In this document: positions 39,498 to 49,571 of the stretch, piece after piece | Numbering within the stretch: the stretch's first letter is position 1 | How the letters are laid out: each line of letters opens with the position of its first letter | From: a virus | Length of the DNA stretch: 64,000 nucleotides | Reading direction: 5' to 3' (one strand) | IMG/VR virus record: IMGVR_UViG_3300010167_000860 | Span: 7,964-71,963 of that record | Program-made: the position numbers and the translations under genes | The notes under the pieces: model-generated | Databases searched by the model: none | The model's input: only the letters and a program-made list of their open reading frames with translations | Told to the model about the DNA's origin: nothing

Positions 39498-41452
39498 TTT
39501 ATTTAGTAACAAACCAAAAAGAATTATGTATTGAAGATAGAATATATGAGATTATTTCTGTAGAAGAAAGTCTTAGTATGCTTAAAGAACTTAGTGTTAT
39601 AGGTTGTGATACAGAAACTACATCTTTAAGTCCTATTGGTGGTAAAATAATTACTTTACAATTTGGTTGTAAGAAATTTCAAATAGTGGTAGATTGTACC
39701 ACAGTAAATATTGATAATTATAAAGAAATATTAGAAAATCCTAAGCAATTAAAGATATTTCATAATGCAAAGTTTGATGTTAAGTTTTTATTAAAAGCAG
39801 GGATAGTCCCAGAAAATATCTGGGATACATTTCTTGCTGATAATGTATTATTTAATTCAGATAATTATGAATGGGTATCTTTAGAAGAATTAGTTCTTAG
39901 ATATTGTAATTATCAATTAGATAAAAGTGCAAGGGACTCAATTATCATAGGAAGTTTTTGTAATAGATTTGTTAAATATGCTGCTGAAGATGTAGAATAC
40001 TTAGAAGGGGTTTATTCTTGTCAAATGTTACAGGCAGCAAATGATAACTGTGGGGTAGCTATAAATATAGAAAATAAGTATGTTATAGTTTTAGCTTATA
40101 TTGAAAATTGTGGAATATATTTAGACAGAAATAAATGGACTAAATTATATGAAACAAATAAATATAAGTTATCTGAAAGTATAGAAACTCTTAATAACTG
40201 GGTAATAAAGAATTTACCTGAATTTTTAGACCCCCAATTAGATTTATTTAGCCCTGAGAAAAGGAAAGTAAATATTAACTGGGCAAGTAGTAAACAGGTT
40301 ATCCCTATATTTAAGAAATTAAAGTTAGATATAATTGTAAGAGATAAAAAAACAGGTAATATTAAAACAAGTATAGAAGCTACTGTTATAAGTAAATATG
40401 CTGAAAAAAATGAATTTGTAAGATTATATCTTGAGTATAAAGAAGTAGATAAAGCAATCACCACCTATGGATTAGATTTTTTAAAGCATATAAACCCTAT
40501 AACTAATAGAATACATCCTGATTTTATTCAATTAATATCTTCAGGAAGAATGGCTTGTACTAATCCTAACATGCAAAATATTCCAAGGGACACATCTTTT
40601 AGAGAATGTTTTACTAACAGTAATGAAGGTACTATACTTGTTGATGCAGATTTTTCAGGACAGGAGCAGGTAGTATTAGCAAATTTTTGTTTAGAGCCAA
40701 GACTGTTAAAGTTTTATGATGAAGGTAAAACTGATATGCACAGTTATATAGCAAAATTATGTTTTCCCGAAGAACTAAAAGATATTCCTGAGGAGGATGT
40801 AAAGAAAAAAGAACCTGAATTAAGGTACTTGGCTAAAACTTGTGGTTTTTCAATAAATTATGGTGGGACAGGAGAAACTATTGCTAAAAATGCTAATATT
40901 CCTGTTGAAAGGGGCAATGAGGTTTATAATGCCTATTTTAAAGCATTTCCTGACCTTAAAAAATATTTTGATAAAGTAGGTAAGGAAGCTATAAAAAGAG
41001 GCTATGTGCTTATTTCTGGTAAAACTGGAAGGAGATATTATTTTGACTTCTTTGAAGAATTTACAAGGATACATAATATAGTATCTCAAGAAGGATTTTG
41101 GGGCTATTATAGAGAAAATAAAGAGGAAAATAAAAGTGAAGTAAAAAATTACTTTAAATATATAGGTACTATTCAAAGAATTGCAAATAATTACCCTATA
41201 CAGGGGTGTAGTGCTGAGATAGTAAAAATATCCTTAGTACATTTCTGGGAATGGTTAAAACAAAGCGGATTAATAAATTCTATTTTGATAATAAATTCTA
41301 TACATGATGAAATAGTACTTGAAGTTCCTGTACCCTTTGCTCAAACTGCTGCTAATATACTTAAAGAGTGTATGGAGAAAGCAGGTAAATATTATTGTAA
41401 TAGAGTTAAATTAACTGCCACACCTGTTATATCTAATGTGTGGGGTCATTAA
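39494..41452 (+). CDS. polA: DNA polymerase, family A, with 3'-5' exonuclease
   Basis: DTET, HNAKFD, YAAED; DADFSGQE (motif A), RYLAKTCGFSINYG (motif B), SIHDEI (motif C). Confidence 0.93.
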   Translation: MIYLVTNQKELCIEDRIYEIISVEESLSMLKELSVIGCDTETTSLSPIGGKIITLQFGCKKFQIVVDCTTVNIDNYKEILENPKQLKIFHNAKFDVKFLLKAGIVPENIWDTFLADNVLFNSDNYEWVSLEELVLRYCNYQLDKSARDSIIIGSFCNRFVKYAAEDVEYLEGVYSCQMLQAANDNCGVAINIENKYVIVLAYIENCGIYLDRNKWTKLYETNKYKLSESIETLNNWVIKNLPEFLDPQLDLFSPEKRKVNINWASSKQVIPIFKKLKLDIIVRDKKTGNIKTSIEATVISKYAEKNEFVRLYLEYKEVDKAITTYGLDFLKHINPITNRIHPDFIQLISSGRMACTNPNMQNIPRDTSFRECFTNSNEGTILVDADFSGQEQVVLANFCLEPRLLKFYDEGKTDMHSYIAKLCFPEELKDIPEEDVKKKEPELRYLAKTCGFSINYGGTGETIAKNANIPVERGNEVYNAYFKAFPDLKKYFDKVGKEAIKRGYVLISGKTGRRYYFDFFEEFTRIHNIVSQEGFWGYYRENKEENKSEVKNYFKYIGTIQRIANNYPIQGCSAEIVKISLVHFWEWLKQSGLINSILIINSIHDEIVLEVPVPFAQTAANILKECMEKAGKYYCNRVKLTATPVISNVWGH

Positions 41453-41464
41453 AACAATTAAATT

Positions 41465-43176
41465 ATGGCTAAACATTATAGAATATCTGATGGTAGTGAA
41501 GTACCTGAAGAAGAATTAATAAAATGTCCCTTATGTGGACAAACAGAATATATTCATGAAAGGGAAACCCCTGTGAGAATGGTATATACTCTTGATAATG
41601 GTGTAATTATACCAATTAATGGAGAATGTAAATATTTTTGTGGATATTGTAATAAAGATTTCTAGTAAATAACTTTAAATATAAAAATTATGGGAAAAAC
41701 TAAAAATGATTTTATGAATGGGTTTGTAAGAGATTCAGATTTTGAATATTACTTACAGAAAAAAAGAAATAATGAAATTAATGAATATGAAGATTTTCTT
41801 AGTGCTTCTGAAGAAGAAGATGAAGATGATTTTTTTGAAGATAACTGATATGACTAATAATAAAGAAATTTGGGTTTGTAAAGAATGTGGGAGTACTGCC
41901 ATAGAAAGTTTAGCTTGGGCAGATGCTAACACTGAAGAAGTATTATCTTTTGAAGAAGAAAAATCTTACTGTAGATTATGTGAGAAAAGAGTAGAAATAA
42001 TAACTTTAGAAGAATATAATGAACAATAGTAAATATGATAATGCTCCTTTTAATGAGAAAATAAGAAAAATAAAAGTCTTTGCTACACTAGAAGGAGAGT
42101 TTATATGGGAAGTAAATAAAAATTCCTCAGAAGAAGATATAGAAGATTGGGTAAAGGAAGAATTTATAGGATACCGAGGATTAACAGGAGAAGTTGTTAG
42201 TATAGATAATATAAAATTTTTATAATGGAAAATAAAAAAGAAAAATTGAGTTTAAAAGAACTTGTAGAATTTCTGAATAATCAAGAAATTATACAGGAAA
42301 GAGATTGGTTAGAAGATATTCCTGAGGATATTTATAAGGAATATTTTGACCTGCCTAATAATAGGGCATATTTAGATACAGTAGCTGTAAATGAACATAG
42401 ATGGTATGAAGATGCTATAGAAGTATATAAGTTTGATGATGAATTTTTAGGGGTAAATACTATAACTAAACTTTATAGTGAAAGCTCTGGATATGAAGAC
42501 TGTTATCATACTTTAAAATTCTATGTGATGGAACAAATACCCTCTGTTACTTATAAAGTAAAATAATTATGACAAAGAAAGAATTAATAGACTTTTTAGA
42601 AGACTATGATGGTGATTTAGAAGTAGTAGCAGAGGTGTATATTTGGGATACATTAGAAGAACAAACCTATAAAGAGTTTAGAGCAATAGATAATGTTTTT
42701 AAATATCCTAATGGTAAATTAATTTCATTAATAACAAGAGAATAATGAATGTAGAAGAATTAAAAAAGAAGTTAGAAAATTATGCTGATGATATTCCTGT
42801 ATATGCTGAGAATGTTATTAAAACAGAAGAATACCCTTATTATCAACAAACTCTTTATGATATAAAAGGAGGAAGGTGTGAGATAAAGAGTAAGGAGGAT
42901 GTTAATTTATATTTAGCTATCAAGAAATGTGAGGATAATACTGAAGAAAAAACAGATAATAAACCTATAACATCAGTTATAGTAACATTTAGCAGAGTAT
43001 ATGAAGTTCCTATAGAACAAATTTATGATAGACTTGATCTTAATATTGATAATATTGAAGAAGAAGATATTAAAGAAGAAGCAAAACTTATGGCAACAGA
43101 TTGGCTTAACGATGAAATAGGACTTTATGATACTGAAGATTTTGCATCAGCAGAAGTAACAGTAATGAGAAATTAA
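41465..43176 (+). CDS. Cluster of small hypothetical genes (41465-41665 Zn-ribbon, 41690-41848, 41850-42029 Zn-ribbon, 42019-42225, 42225-42566, ~42569-42744, 42745-43176)
   Basis: ORF track plus manual reading; CxxC pairs in two. Confidence 0.5.
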
Positions 43177-43327
43177 ATGGCTTAGATGTGCACTAAGACG
43201 TAAATTACCACTCTTAAAAAGCTATTATAGTAATATAATAAAAGAGCAAAGGGGTAGGGAAACGTAAGTCCCCCTTACTTAGGAGGTGCAGGGTTAGTAA
43301 CCTCCCTTTTTTAAAAAACTTAAAATT

Positions 43328-43744
43328 ATGTTAGGAAAAATATTAGTTCTACAAGGAAATGTAGCAAGTGGAAAAACTTCTTTTGCTAAAACTTTAGTAA
43401 CAAAAGATACTTCTTATATAAGAGTAAACAGAGATGACATTAGAAATATGTTTAGAACTGTATGGCAAATGAAGGATGAGGAACTTGTTAAAGAAGTTGA
43501 GAAAAGTATAGTAAAAAAGGCTATACACTATGATTATAACATAGTTATTGATGATGTAAATCTTAATCCTGAAACCTGTGATATGTGGAAGGGTTTAGCT
43601 AAAGAACTTGGTTGTGCTATAGAATTTAAGTTTATACAGTGTCCTTTAAAAGAATGTATAAGAAGAGATGCTTTAAGAACTCCCTCAGTAGGAGAAAAAG
43701 TTATAATGAATTTGTATAGTAAATATTTAAAAATGAAGTTATGA
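43328..43744 (+). CDS. AAA_33 / polynucleotide-kinase-like P-loop protein
   Basis: LQGNVASGKTS, RVNRDDIR, VIDDVNL, CIRRD. Confidence 0.85.
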   Translation: MLGKILVLQGNVASGKTSFAKTLVTKDTSYIRVNRDDIRNMFRTVWQMKDEELVKEVEKSIVKKAIHYDYNIVIDDVNLNPETCDMWKGLAKELGCAIEFKFIQCPLKECIRRDALRTPSVGEKVIMNLYSKYLKMKL

Positions 43745-44086
43745 TAATATCTTGTAAAGACTGTGGCAGTGAGGAATTATATAGAAAAGCCTGGGTAAGA
43801 TATGATACAGGTTCTTTTGGAGATTGGGCAGAAGATAGTGAAGAAACTGCTGTGTTTTTTTGTGAAAATTGTGAGGAATTTGTTGATGTATTAATAATAC
43901 TATAAATTATGAAAAGAAAAAAGAAGTTTATTTTGGATCTTGAAGTAAGTGGTAGGAACTATGGGTTGGCATTTAAAGGTTCAAGGGGTGAAGTTATACA
44001 ATGGGAAGATTTTACTAAAGAAGATCAAATTACCCTATGTAAGGCTTTATTTAGTTTTTATGAATTATTTAGTAAATGTATAAAAA

Positions 44087-44644
44087 ATGATTAATATGGA
44101 ATGGTTATTTTGGTTAAGTGTAGCAGTGTTTTTAATATATAACACTGTAATTATTATGAGGTATGGAGTACCTGTAAGTTTGTCGGAAACCTTCTATCTA
44201 ATGCCTAAGAAGTATGGTAAACATATATTCTTGATGGTATTTACACTGATAGGTTTACCTTTGATGATATTTGGTACAGAAATATCTCCTGAAACTTTCC
44301 CTTCAGAATTTGCAATATTCTTTTGTGGGAGTTTCTTTATAGCAGTAGCTGTAGCAGCAGAATTTAAAGAAAAGTTTGTAGAGAAGTATCATATAGCATT
44401 TGCTATGATATGTGCTGCTTTATCTATTGTATGGACAGGGTTTACTTATATTATAGGACTTGTAGTATTTGCTTTCTTTGCTGCTATATTTATCCCTATA
44501 GGATTAAAAACTAAAGGTGTAAGAAGAAATAGAAATGGAGATCTTAGAGTAGATGGTAATTCCAAGACCTATTTTCTAGAATTAATCTGTTTCTTTGGCT
44601 TATATATTTGTATGATGTTATATTACTATAAAGTATTGATATAA
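44087..44644 (+). CDS. Multi-pass membrane protein
   Basis: Several hydrophobic helices; SLSETFY motif. Confidence 0.65.
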   Translation: MINMEWLFWLSVAVFLIYNTVIIMRYGVPVSLSETFYLMPKKYGKHIFLMVFTLIGLPLMIFGTEISPETFPSEFAIFFCGSFFIAVAVAAEFKEKFVEKYHIAFAMICAALSIVWTGFTYIIGLVVFAFFAAIFIPIGLKTKGVRRNRNGDLRVDGNSKTYFLELICFFGLYICMMLYYYKVLI

Positions 44645-44868
44645 TGATAAGTGAAAAGGAAAGAGATCTAAGAACATTAGAAAAATTAAAAGACCAGTTT
44701 GAATCTTTACTTGATGATTATAGATTAGATAATTATACTTTTCATCTAGTTACTGATGAACTGGAATATGCAATAGAAAATTCTAATAAAGATTAATAAT
44801 AAGGAGAAATTACTTATCACGTAAAATGAATTTTAGATAAGTAATTTTCTCTTTTTAAATAAATAATT

Positions 44869-45459
44869 ATGATTGATAAATTGAAGAAAAGAGGAAGACT
44901 TTTAGACAGGGCAACAGATATACTTACAGGTTCATTGGTTATAGTTGCAATAATGCTTATTTTTTCAACAGCATCAAATAAAAATAGTGTAGATAACCTT
45001 AAATATGACACTCAAAGGCTAAAAATGGATGTTCTAAAGTTTCAAAGAGAAATAGATAGTTTACAGAAAAGAATATTATTTCTTGAGAGTGTAGATTATT
45101 TTAAGGTAAATCTTGAAAAGGAATGGAGTTTAGCTAAAATTGCCCTAGCTATTGTTGAAAGTAATCTTGATAAAACAGCAATAAATCCTACTTCAGGAGC
45201 TTCAGGAATATATCAGATAATGCCTATATTTCTGAAAGAGGTAAACAGGTTACAAAAGGCTGTAATATATACTCCAGAGTGTGTATTTGATATTAAAAAA
45301 TCCTCTGAAATGGTGGAAATTATAAATTTTCACAGAAATCCTGAAAAATCTATAGAAAGATTAGCCTATCTACATAATCCAACAGAAAGGCAAGGATGGT
45401 ATTTAAATAGGGTAAAAAATACTTATGAAACATTAAAATTAATATGTTATAATGACTAA
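44869..45459 (+). CDS. Membrane-anchored lytic transglycosylase (SLT-like)
   Basis: N-terminal TM helix, coiled coil, IVESN...AIN...GASGIYQI. Confidence 0.8.
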   Translation: MIDKLKKRGRLLDRATDILTGSLVIVAIMLIFSTASNKNSVDNLKYDTQRLKMDVLKFQREIDSLQKRILFLESVDYFKVNLEKEWSLAKIALAIVESNLDKTAINPTSGASGIYQIMPIFLKEVNRLQKAVIYTPECVFDIKKSSEMVEIINFHRNPEKSIERLAYLHNPTERQGWYLNRVKNTYETLKLICYND

Positions 45460-45992
45460 AAAAGAAAAAAATATGATGTCTGAACTATCTGCAAGTGTAT
45501 TTATAGACAAATACAAACCTATATGTAATAACAGGTTTCCTACATTTAACACTATATTACCCCTAAATCATCCCTTACAGCCTTATGTATGGGATAAAAG
45601 AGAGAAATTTCTTATATCTGAATATATACCTAACAGGTGTTTCTTTAGTGTTGTCCTTTCTCCTGATAAAGAGGGGTATTATAAAGTAATTCCCAGCAGT
45701 ATTCCTTCATTAGGAATAGCTTGGATAATTACAGAGTGTGCTTGGAGACCTGAAAGTAAAGAATATGTTGAATTTAATTTAGAATAATATGGCTACTAAT
45801 AGGAATAAAGAATATAAAGAATATAAAAAAGTATTAGAATCTATGAATTTTAATATGTGTGAAAGTGAGTTTCATTATGAATTAAATAAATTTTTATTAA
45901 CAAATTCAAATATTAAAATTGAACATATCATTGAACATGGGAAATACAATATTACTTTAATTTATTCATATTTAAAAGAAGTAGAAAAATGA
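45452..45992 (+). CDS. Two hypothetical proteins (45452-45787, 45789-45992)
   Basis: ORF track. Confidence 0.5.
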
Positions 45993-46873
45993 AATTAATA
46001 AAACCAAGCGTAGAAATTTTAAAAAACTACTTAGAACAAGTAGATTATATACCTGCTAAAGAAGAGGTTTTAAATAATATATTTCAACAAATAGAAGTAG
46101 CAGGCAGAACCTGTTTCAAGTCTGAAGATAAGATAACAGAAGATTCTTCAAAAGCATTTGTACGGATGCTTATTAAAAAAGGTGATTTAAGTTTGTTAGA
46201 ACAGGGGACTGTTTACCTTAAAGTTCCTGCTGGAAATTTAGATTTGTATCATAAATATATAGGTAATAAATATTCAATATTAAATCTGGATGATTGTTTA
46301 GCTGGAAAACAAGGATATTATGCTGTTACAACTAATTATCGAGTTCTTGTAAAGAACAATTGGTTAGATGATTTACAGTATCTTTGTGAACCAACTGAAC
46401 ACCATGAAAAAAGAGTATCTGTTAGATTTATTTGTGATAGAGGCACAATGACAGAATTTTTAAGACATAGAACTTTTAGTTTTGTAATAGAAGATATAAA
46501 CAATCTTAATAGCAGAGAATTAACCTTTATTTTACCAATGTGGTGTAAAAAAGAAGAAGGTTCATATAATAGAATGTCAGATGGTTATATAGCAGGGTTA
46601 TATAGATATTATTCATCTGATAAAGATATAGCATTTATAAAAGCTTTAATCTCTGTTGAGGAATACTATTATAATTTACTTAAATATGATAACCAACAAG
46701 CAAAGGTTGTATTACCTAATGCTTTAAAAACTGAAGTTATTATGACAGGATACTTATCTGACTGGAAAAAGTTCTTTGAGAAAAGAACTATTTCTGATAA
46801 TCATCCACAAATGTTACAACTTACTATTCCTTTACAGGAAGCATTTAAAGGGAATGGATATATAAATAATTAA
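45989..46873 (+). CDS. thyX: Flavin-dependent thymidylate synthase ThyX (Thy1)
   Basis: IEVAGRTCFKS, EFLRHRTFS, AKVVLPNALKTEVIMTG, HPQM. Confidence 0.85.
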   Translation: MKLIKPSVEILKNYLEQVDYIPAKEEVLNNIFQQIEVAGRTCFKSEDKITEDSSKAFVRMLIKKGDLSLLEQGTVYLKVPAGNLDLYHKYIGNKYSILNLDDCLAGKQGYYAVTTNYRVLVKNNWLDDLQYLCEPTEHHEKRVSVRFICDRGTMTEFLRHRTFSFVIEDINNLNSRELTFILPMWCKKEEGSYNRMSDGYIAGLYRYYSSDKDIAFIKALISVEEYYYNLLKYDNQQAKVVLPNALKTEVIMTGYLSDWKKFFEKRTISDNHPQMLQLTIPLQEAFKGNGYINN

Positions 46874-46883
46874 ATAAAATAAA

Positions 46884-47570
46884 ATGAGAAATTACAGTTT
46901 AGTAAAAGACGGAGTTATCTTAAAAAATAATGTAAAAAGATACTTTGAGCAGATATATAATTTAATGGAAACTAATGAAGAGTTTCCTGTGGATTTTGAA
47001 TTAGTGTACTTTTTAGTATATGCTAATAAACAAAATGCAGTAAGAGAATTAAGGAATAATTTTATACAAGACATTGATTATCAAATTTCCATCCTTAATG
47101 ATGGAAATATGGTAGGCAGAAGAACAGAAAATTATAAACTTTCTGTACCTTGTATGGAACATTTTATAGCAAGGAAAGTTCCTGAAGTATTTGAAGTTTA
47201 TAGACAAGTATTTCATCAAAAAGTTGAGGAGATAAAACAGGAAGTAAAACCTTCTATTAATAATGATGTTATAAGTGCATTAGAGTTATTTCTTGATGCT
47301 ATAAAAAACCACAATATCAGGATAGGAAAGTTAGAAGATGATGTTGATGATCTAAAAAATGCAAGATTTACAGATTATTCAGCAGTAACAGAATATGCTA
47401 AGAAAAATAACATTTTAGGGATAGATACAGGCACTTTTAGAAGATTAGGGATAGATGCTTCTAAAATATGCAAAGAGAGAGGAATAGAGGTTAAAAAGGC
47501 TAAATTTGCTAATGCTTATCCTGAAAGTATATGCAAAGAGGTATTTAGAAATAAAAGCCTTGCTGCTTAA
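46884..47570 (+). CDS. Antirepressor-like (AntA/B-type) DNA-binding protein
   Basis: EEFPVDFELVYFLVY...AVRELRNNFIQDIDYQ...YKLSVPCME, then coiled coil. Confidence 0.6.
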   Translation: MRNYSLVKDGVILKNNVKRYFEQIYNLMETNEEFPVDFELVYFLVYANKQNAVRELRNNFIQDIDYQISILNDGNMVGRRTENYKLSVPCMEHFIARKVPEVFEVYRQVFHQKVEEIKQEVKPSINNDVISALELFLDAIKNHNIRIGKLEDDVDDLKNARFTDYSAVTEYAKKNNILGIDTGTFRRLGIDASKICKERGIEVKKAKFANAYPESICKEVFRNKSLAA

Positions 47571-47573
47571 CTT

Positions 47574-48359
47574 ATGTTGAAAGTAAAGAAATACAAAAAA
47601 TTTGCAAATGGTATAGTATGGTGTTTAGAACTTGAAGATGGTAGATTAATAGAAACTACAAGTACTTTTTTACCATACTATACTAAAGATGCAATTAACA
47701 GAAAACAGAATACTCTTAATAATACATCATTAGGAGATTATTCTGAAAGATGGATGATAGGAGTATCTGTAATGTCAGGGTGTCCTGTAAAATGTAAATT
47801 TTGTGCTACAGGGCAAATGAAGGGCTATAGAAATCTTACTTCTGAGGAAATTGTTTCTCAAGTTACTTTTGCCGTTGAGGAAATAAAAAGTAATCCCTAT
47901 GACGCCAAAGAGTTTAAAATTAACTATACAAGAATGGGAGAACCCTTTCTTAATATAGAGAATGTTAAACAAGCTATAAAACAGATTACCAATGTTTATC
48001 CTCATACCCATCATTATATTTCAACAATAGGTATAAAGAAATCTGATTTTTGGTTTATACAGGATAATATTACTTTACAATTATCTTTACACAGTTTAGG
48101 TGAAGAACATAGAAATTGGTTAATTCCTTATAAGAATAAAATGACTATAAAGGAGTTAGGAGAAATAAAAACAAAATCTAATCTAAAAACTACTTTAAAT
48201 TTAACATTAGTTGAAGAAAAAGATTTTGACATTAACAGATTAAAAGAAAATTTCTCTCCTGATAATTTCTTTGTAAAGATTAGCCCTATAAATCCAAATG
48301 TAATATCAAAGAAAAATAAATTAGGCAATGGAATAATAGATAGTATAAATTTAATTTAA
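47574..48359 (+). CDS. RlmN/Cfr-like radical SAM enzyme core (C-terminally truncated)
   Basis: SGCPVKCKFCATG, RNLTSEEIVSQV, RMGEP, ISTIG, SLHS; lacks the AACGQL tail. Confidence 0.85.
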   Translation: MLKVKKYKKFANGIVWCLELEDGRLIETTSTFLPYYTKDAINRKQNTLNNTSLGDYSERWMIGVSVMSGCPVKCKFCATGQMKGYRNLTSEEIVSQVTFAVEEIKSNPYDAKEFKINYTRMGEPFLNIENVKQAIKQITNVYPHTHHYISTIGIKKSDFWFIQDNITLQLSLHSLGEEHRNWLIPYKNKMTIKELGEIKTKSNLKTTLNLTLVEEKDFDINRLKENFSPDNFFVKISPINPNVISKKNKLGNGIIDSINLI

Positions 48360-48370
48360 AAATCAATCTT

Positions 48371-48496
48371 ATGACAGAAGTGATTAAAAACCAATTAGAA
48401 GAAGCAGGTTATGAGTATGCAGTTGCAGTAGCCACTCAAAGTGAAGTGGAAAATGGAGCAGCATGTGGACAATTGTCTATTATAACTGAAGAGTAG
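48371..48496 (+). CDS. 41-aa peptide carrying the RlmN C-terminal AACGQL motif
   Basis: MTEVIKNQLEEAGYEYAVAVATQSEVENGAACGQLSIITEE*; own ATG 11 nt after the upstream stop, different frame. Confidence 0.8.
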   Translation: MTEVIKNQLEEAGYEYAVAVATQSEVENGAACGQLSIITEE

Positions 48497-48502
48497 TAAT
48501 TA

Positions 48503-48545
48503 AAAAGGAAATTACATTAATTTGTAGTTTCCTTACTTTTTTTTA
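48503..48545 (+). terminator. Intrinsic terminator closing the rightward block
   Basis: AAGGAAATTACA/TGTAGTTTCCTT stem plus T-tract. Confidence 0.75.
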
Positions 48546-48680
48546 CTTGTTAAATGAAACTTAAATGAAACTAAATAATAATAACAAAAAATCAGGAAAA
48601 GATATAATTTATACCTTTGTCCTGACGTAGGTTCTGTTATTATTAGTCTTTTTGCTATTAACTATTTAATACTTAATAAT

Positions 48681-48755
48681 ATGAATATATTAGAAGAAAT
48701 ACTAAAATTAATGGTATCAATACTTAAACTTTTTGTTTTAATCCCGTTCAATTGA
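48681..48755 (+). CDS. 24-aa amphipathic peptide MNILEEILKLMVSILKLFVLIPFN (candidate type I toxin)
   Basis: Lies between convergent -7 boxes (48612-48619 +, 48807-48814 -) inside an 11-bp long-range inverted repeat. Confidence 0.4.
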   Translation: MNILEEILKLMVSILKLFVLIPFN

Positions 48756-48885
48756 TATTTTATTAATCTTAATATGTTAATAACAGAATCATTTTTTTTA
48801 AAAATGCAAAGATAAATATTTTTCTTAAATATTTTAAAAAAATGAAATAAATATAGTAATTTTGTAGTTTTAAATTTTAAAAATT

Positions 48886-49077
48886 ATGGAAGAAATCACT
48901 GAAGAAGAAAAATTCTGGATTAAAAGGTTAGATATTATAATAAAAGATATGATTAATACAGATGATGATAATATTATTTTTGATAAAATTGGAGAATTAG
49001 AATCAAATCTTAAAATGCTCAAACATACCAGAAACAGTCTAAAAAAAAATAATTTTTTATTTAGGTCAGGGAGCTAG
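48886..49077 (+). CDS. Hypothetical protein
   Basis: ORF track; TAATTTTG box at 48857-48864. Confidence 0.45.
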   Translation: MEEITEEEKFWIKRLDIIIKDMINTDDDNIIFDKIGELESNLKMLKHTRNSLKKNNFLFRSGS

Positions 49078-49368
49078 CTCAACGCTTTGCCCCCAAATAT
49101 TATTATCAACAACATTTATGGTATTATAATTTGTCTTAATATTTGGGTTATAATATCTAAAATTACTTGGAACAAATATATCATTACCTATCTTTACAGG
49201 TTTATACTTAAATTTATTTAATCCTGTTAATTTTGCAACCTCAGAAGTAGTCATATTAGTGTTTGCATAAAACACATATCCAGCTTCTTTTAATAAATCC
49301 TCTGCATTAATATTATTTCCTCTTTTAATTTGATCCATTGCTTTATTGTAAGATCCTTTATCAACCAT
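49057..49368 (-). CDS. Hypothetical protein (read-through of TGA 49066 to TAA 49057)
   Basis: Track ORF 49066..49368 ends in TGA; adds WPK. Confidence 0.5.
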
Positions 49369-49571
49369 TTGTGTTGAGATACTACCATCTCTTGATTTTA
49401 GACTGTTACATTAATTCATTTTTCTGTCTTAAACTTAAATTATCTCACATAACTATAATATTTAATTTACCTTTAGGATTAGCATCCTTCCTCCCCTTAC
49501 TTTTTTTTAGCTCTTAAAGAAATAAGAGTAAAAAAAGTTTTAACTTAATTTACCCTTATAATTATTCAGTA

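Noticed and set aside
41742-41849. N-terminal part of track ORF 41742..42029
   Set aside because: Out-of-frame shadow of 41690..41848; the real start is probably ATG 41850 (MTNNKEIWVCKEC).
19643-48328. Minus-strand track ORFs inside the replication block (e.g. 24909, 27605, 30703, 32711, 36465, 39146, 40096, 40850, 46892, 47775, 48128)
   Set aside because: They lie opposite well-supported plus-strand genes and show no motifs.
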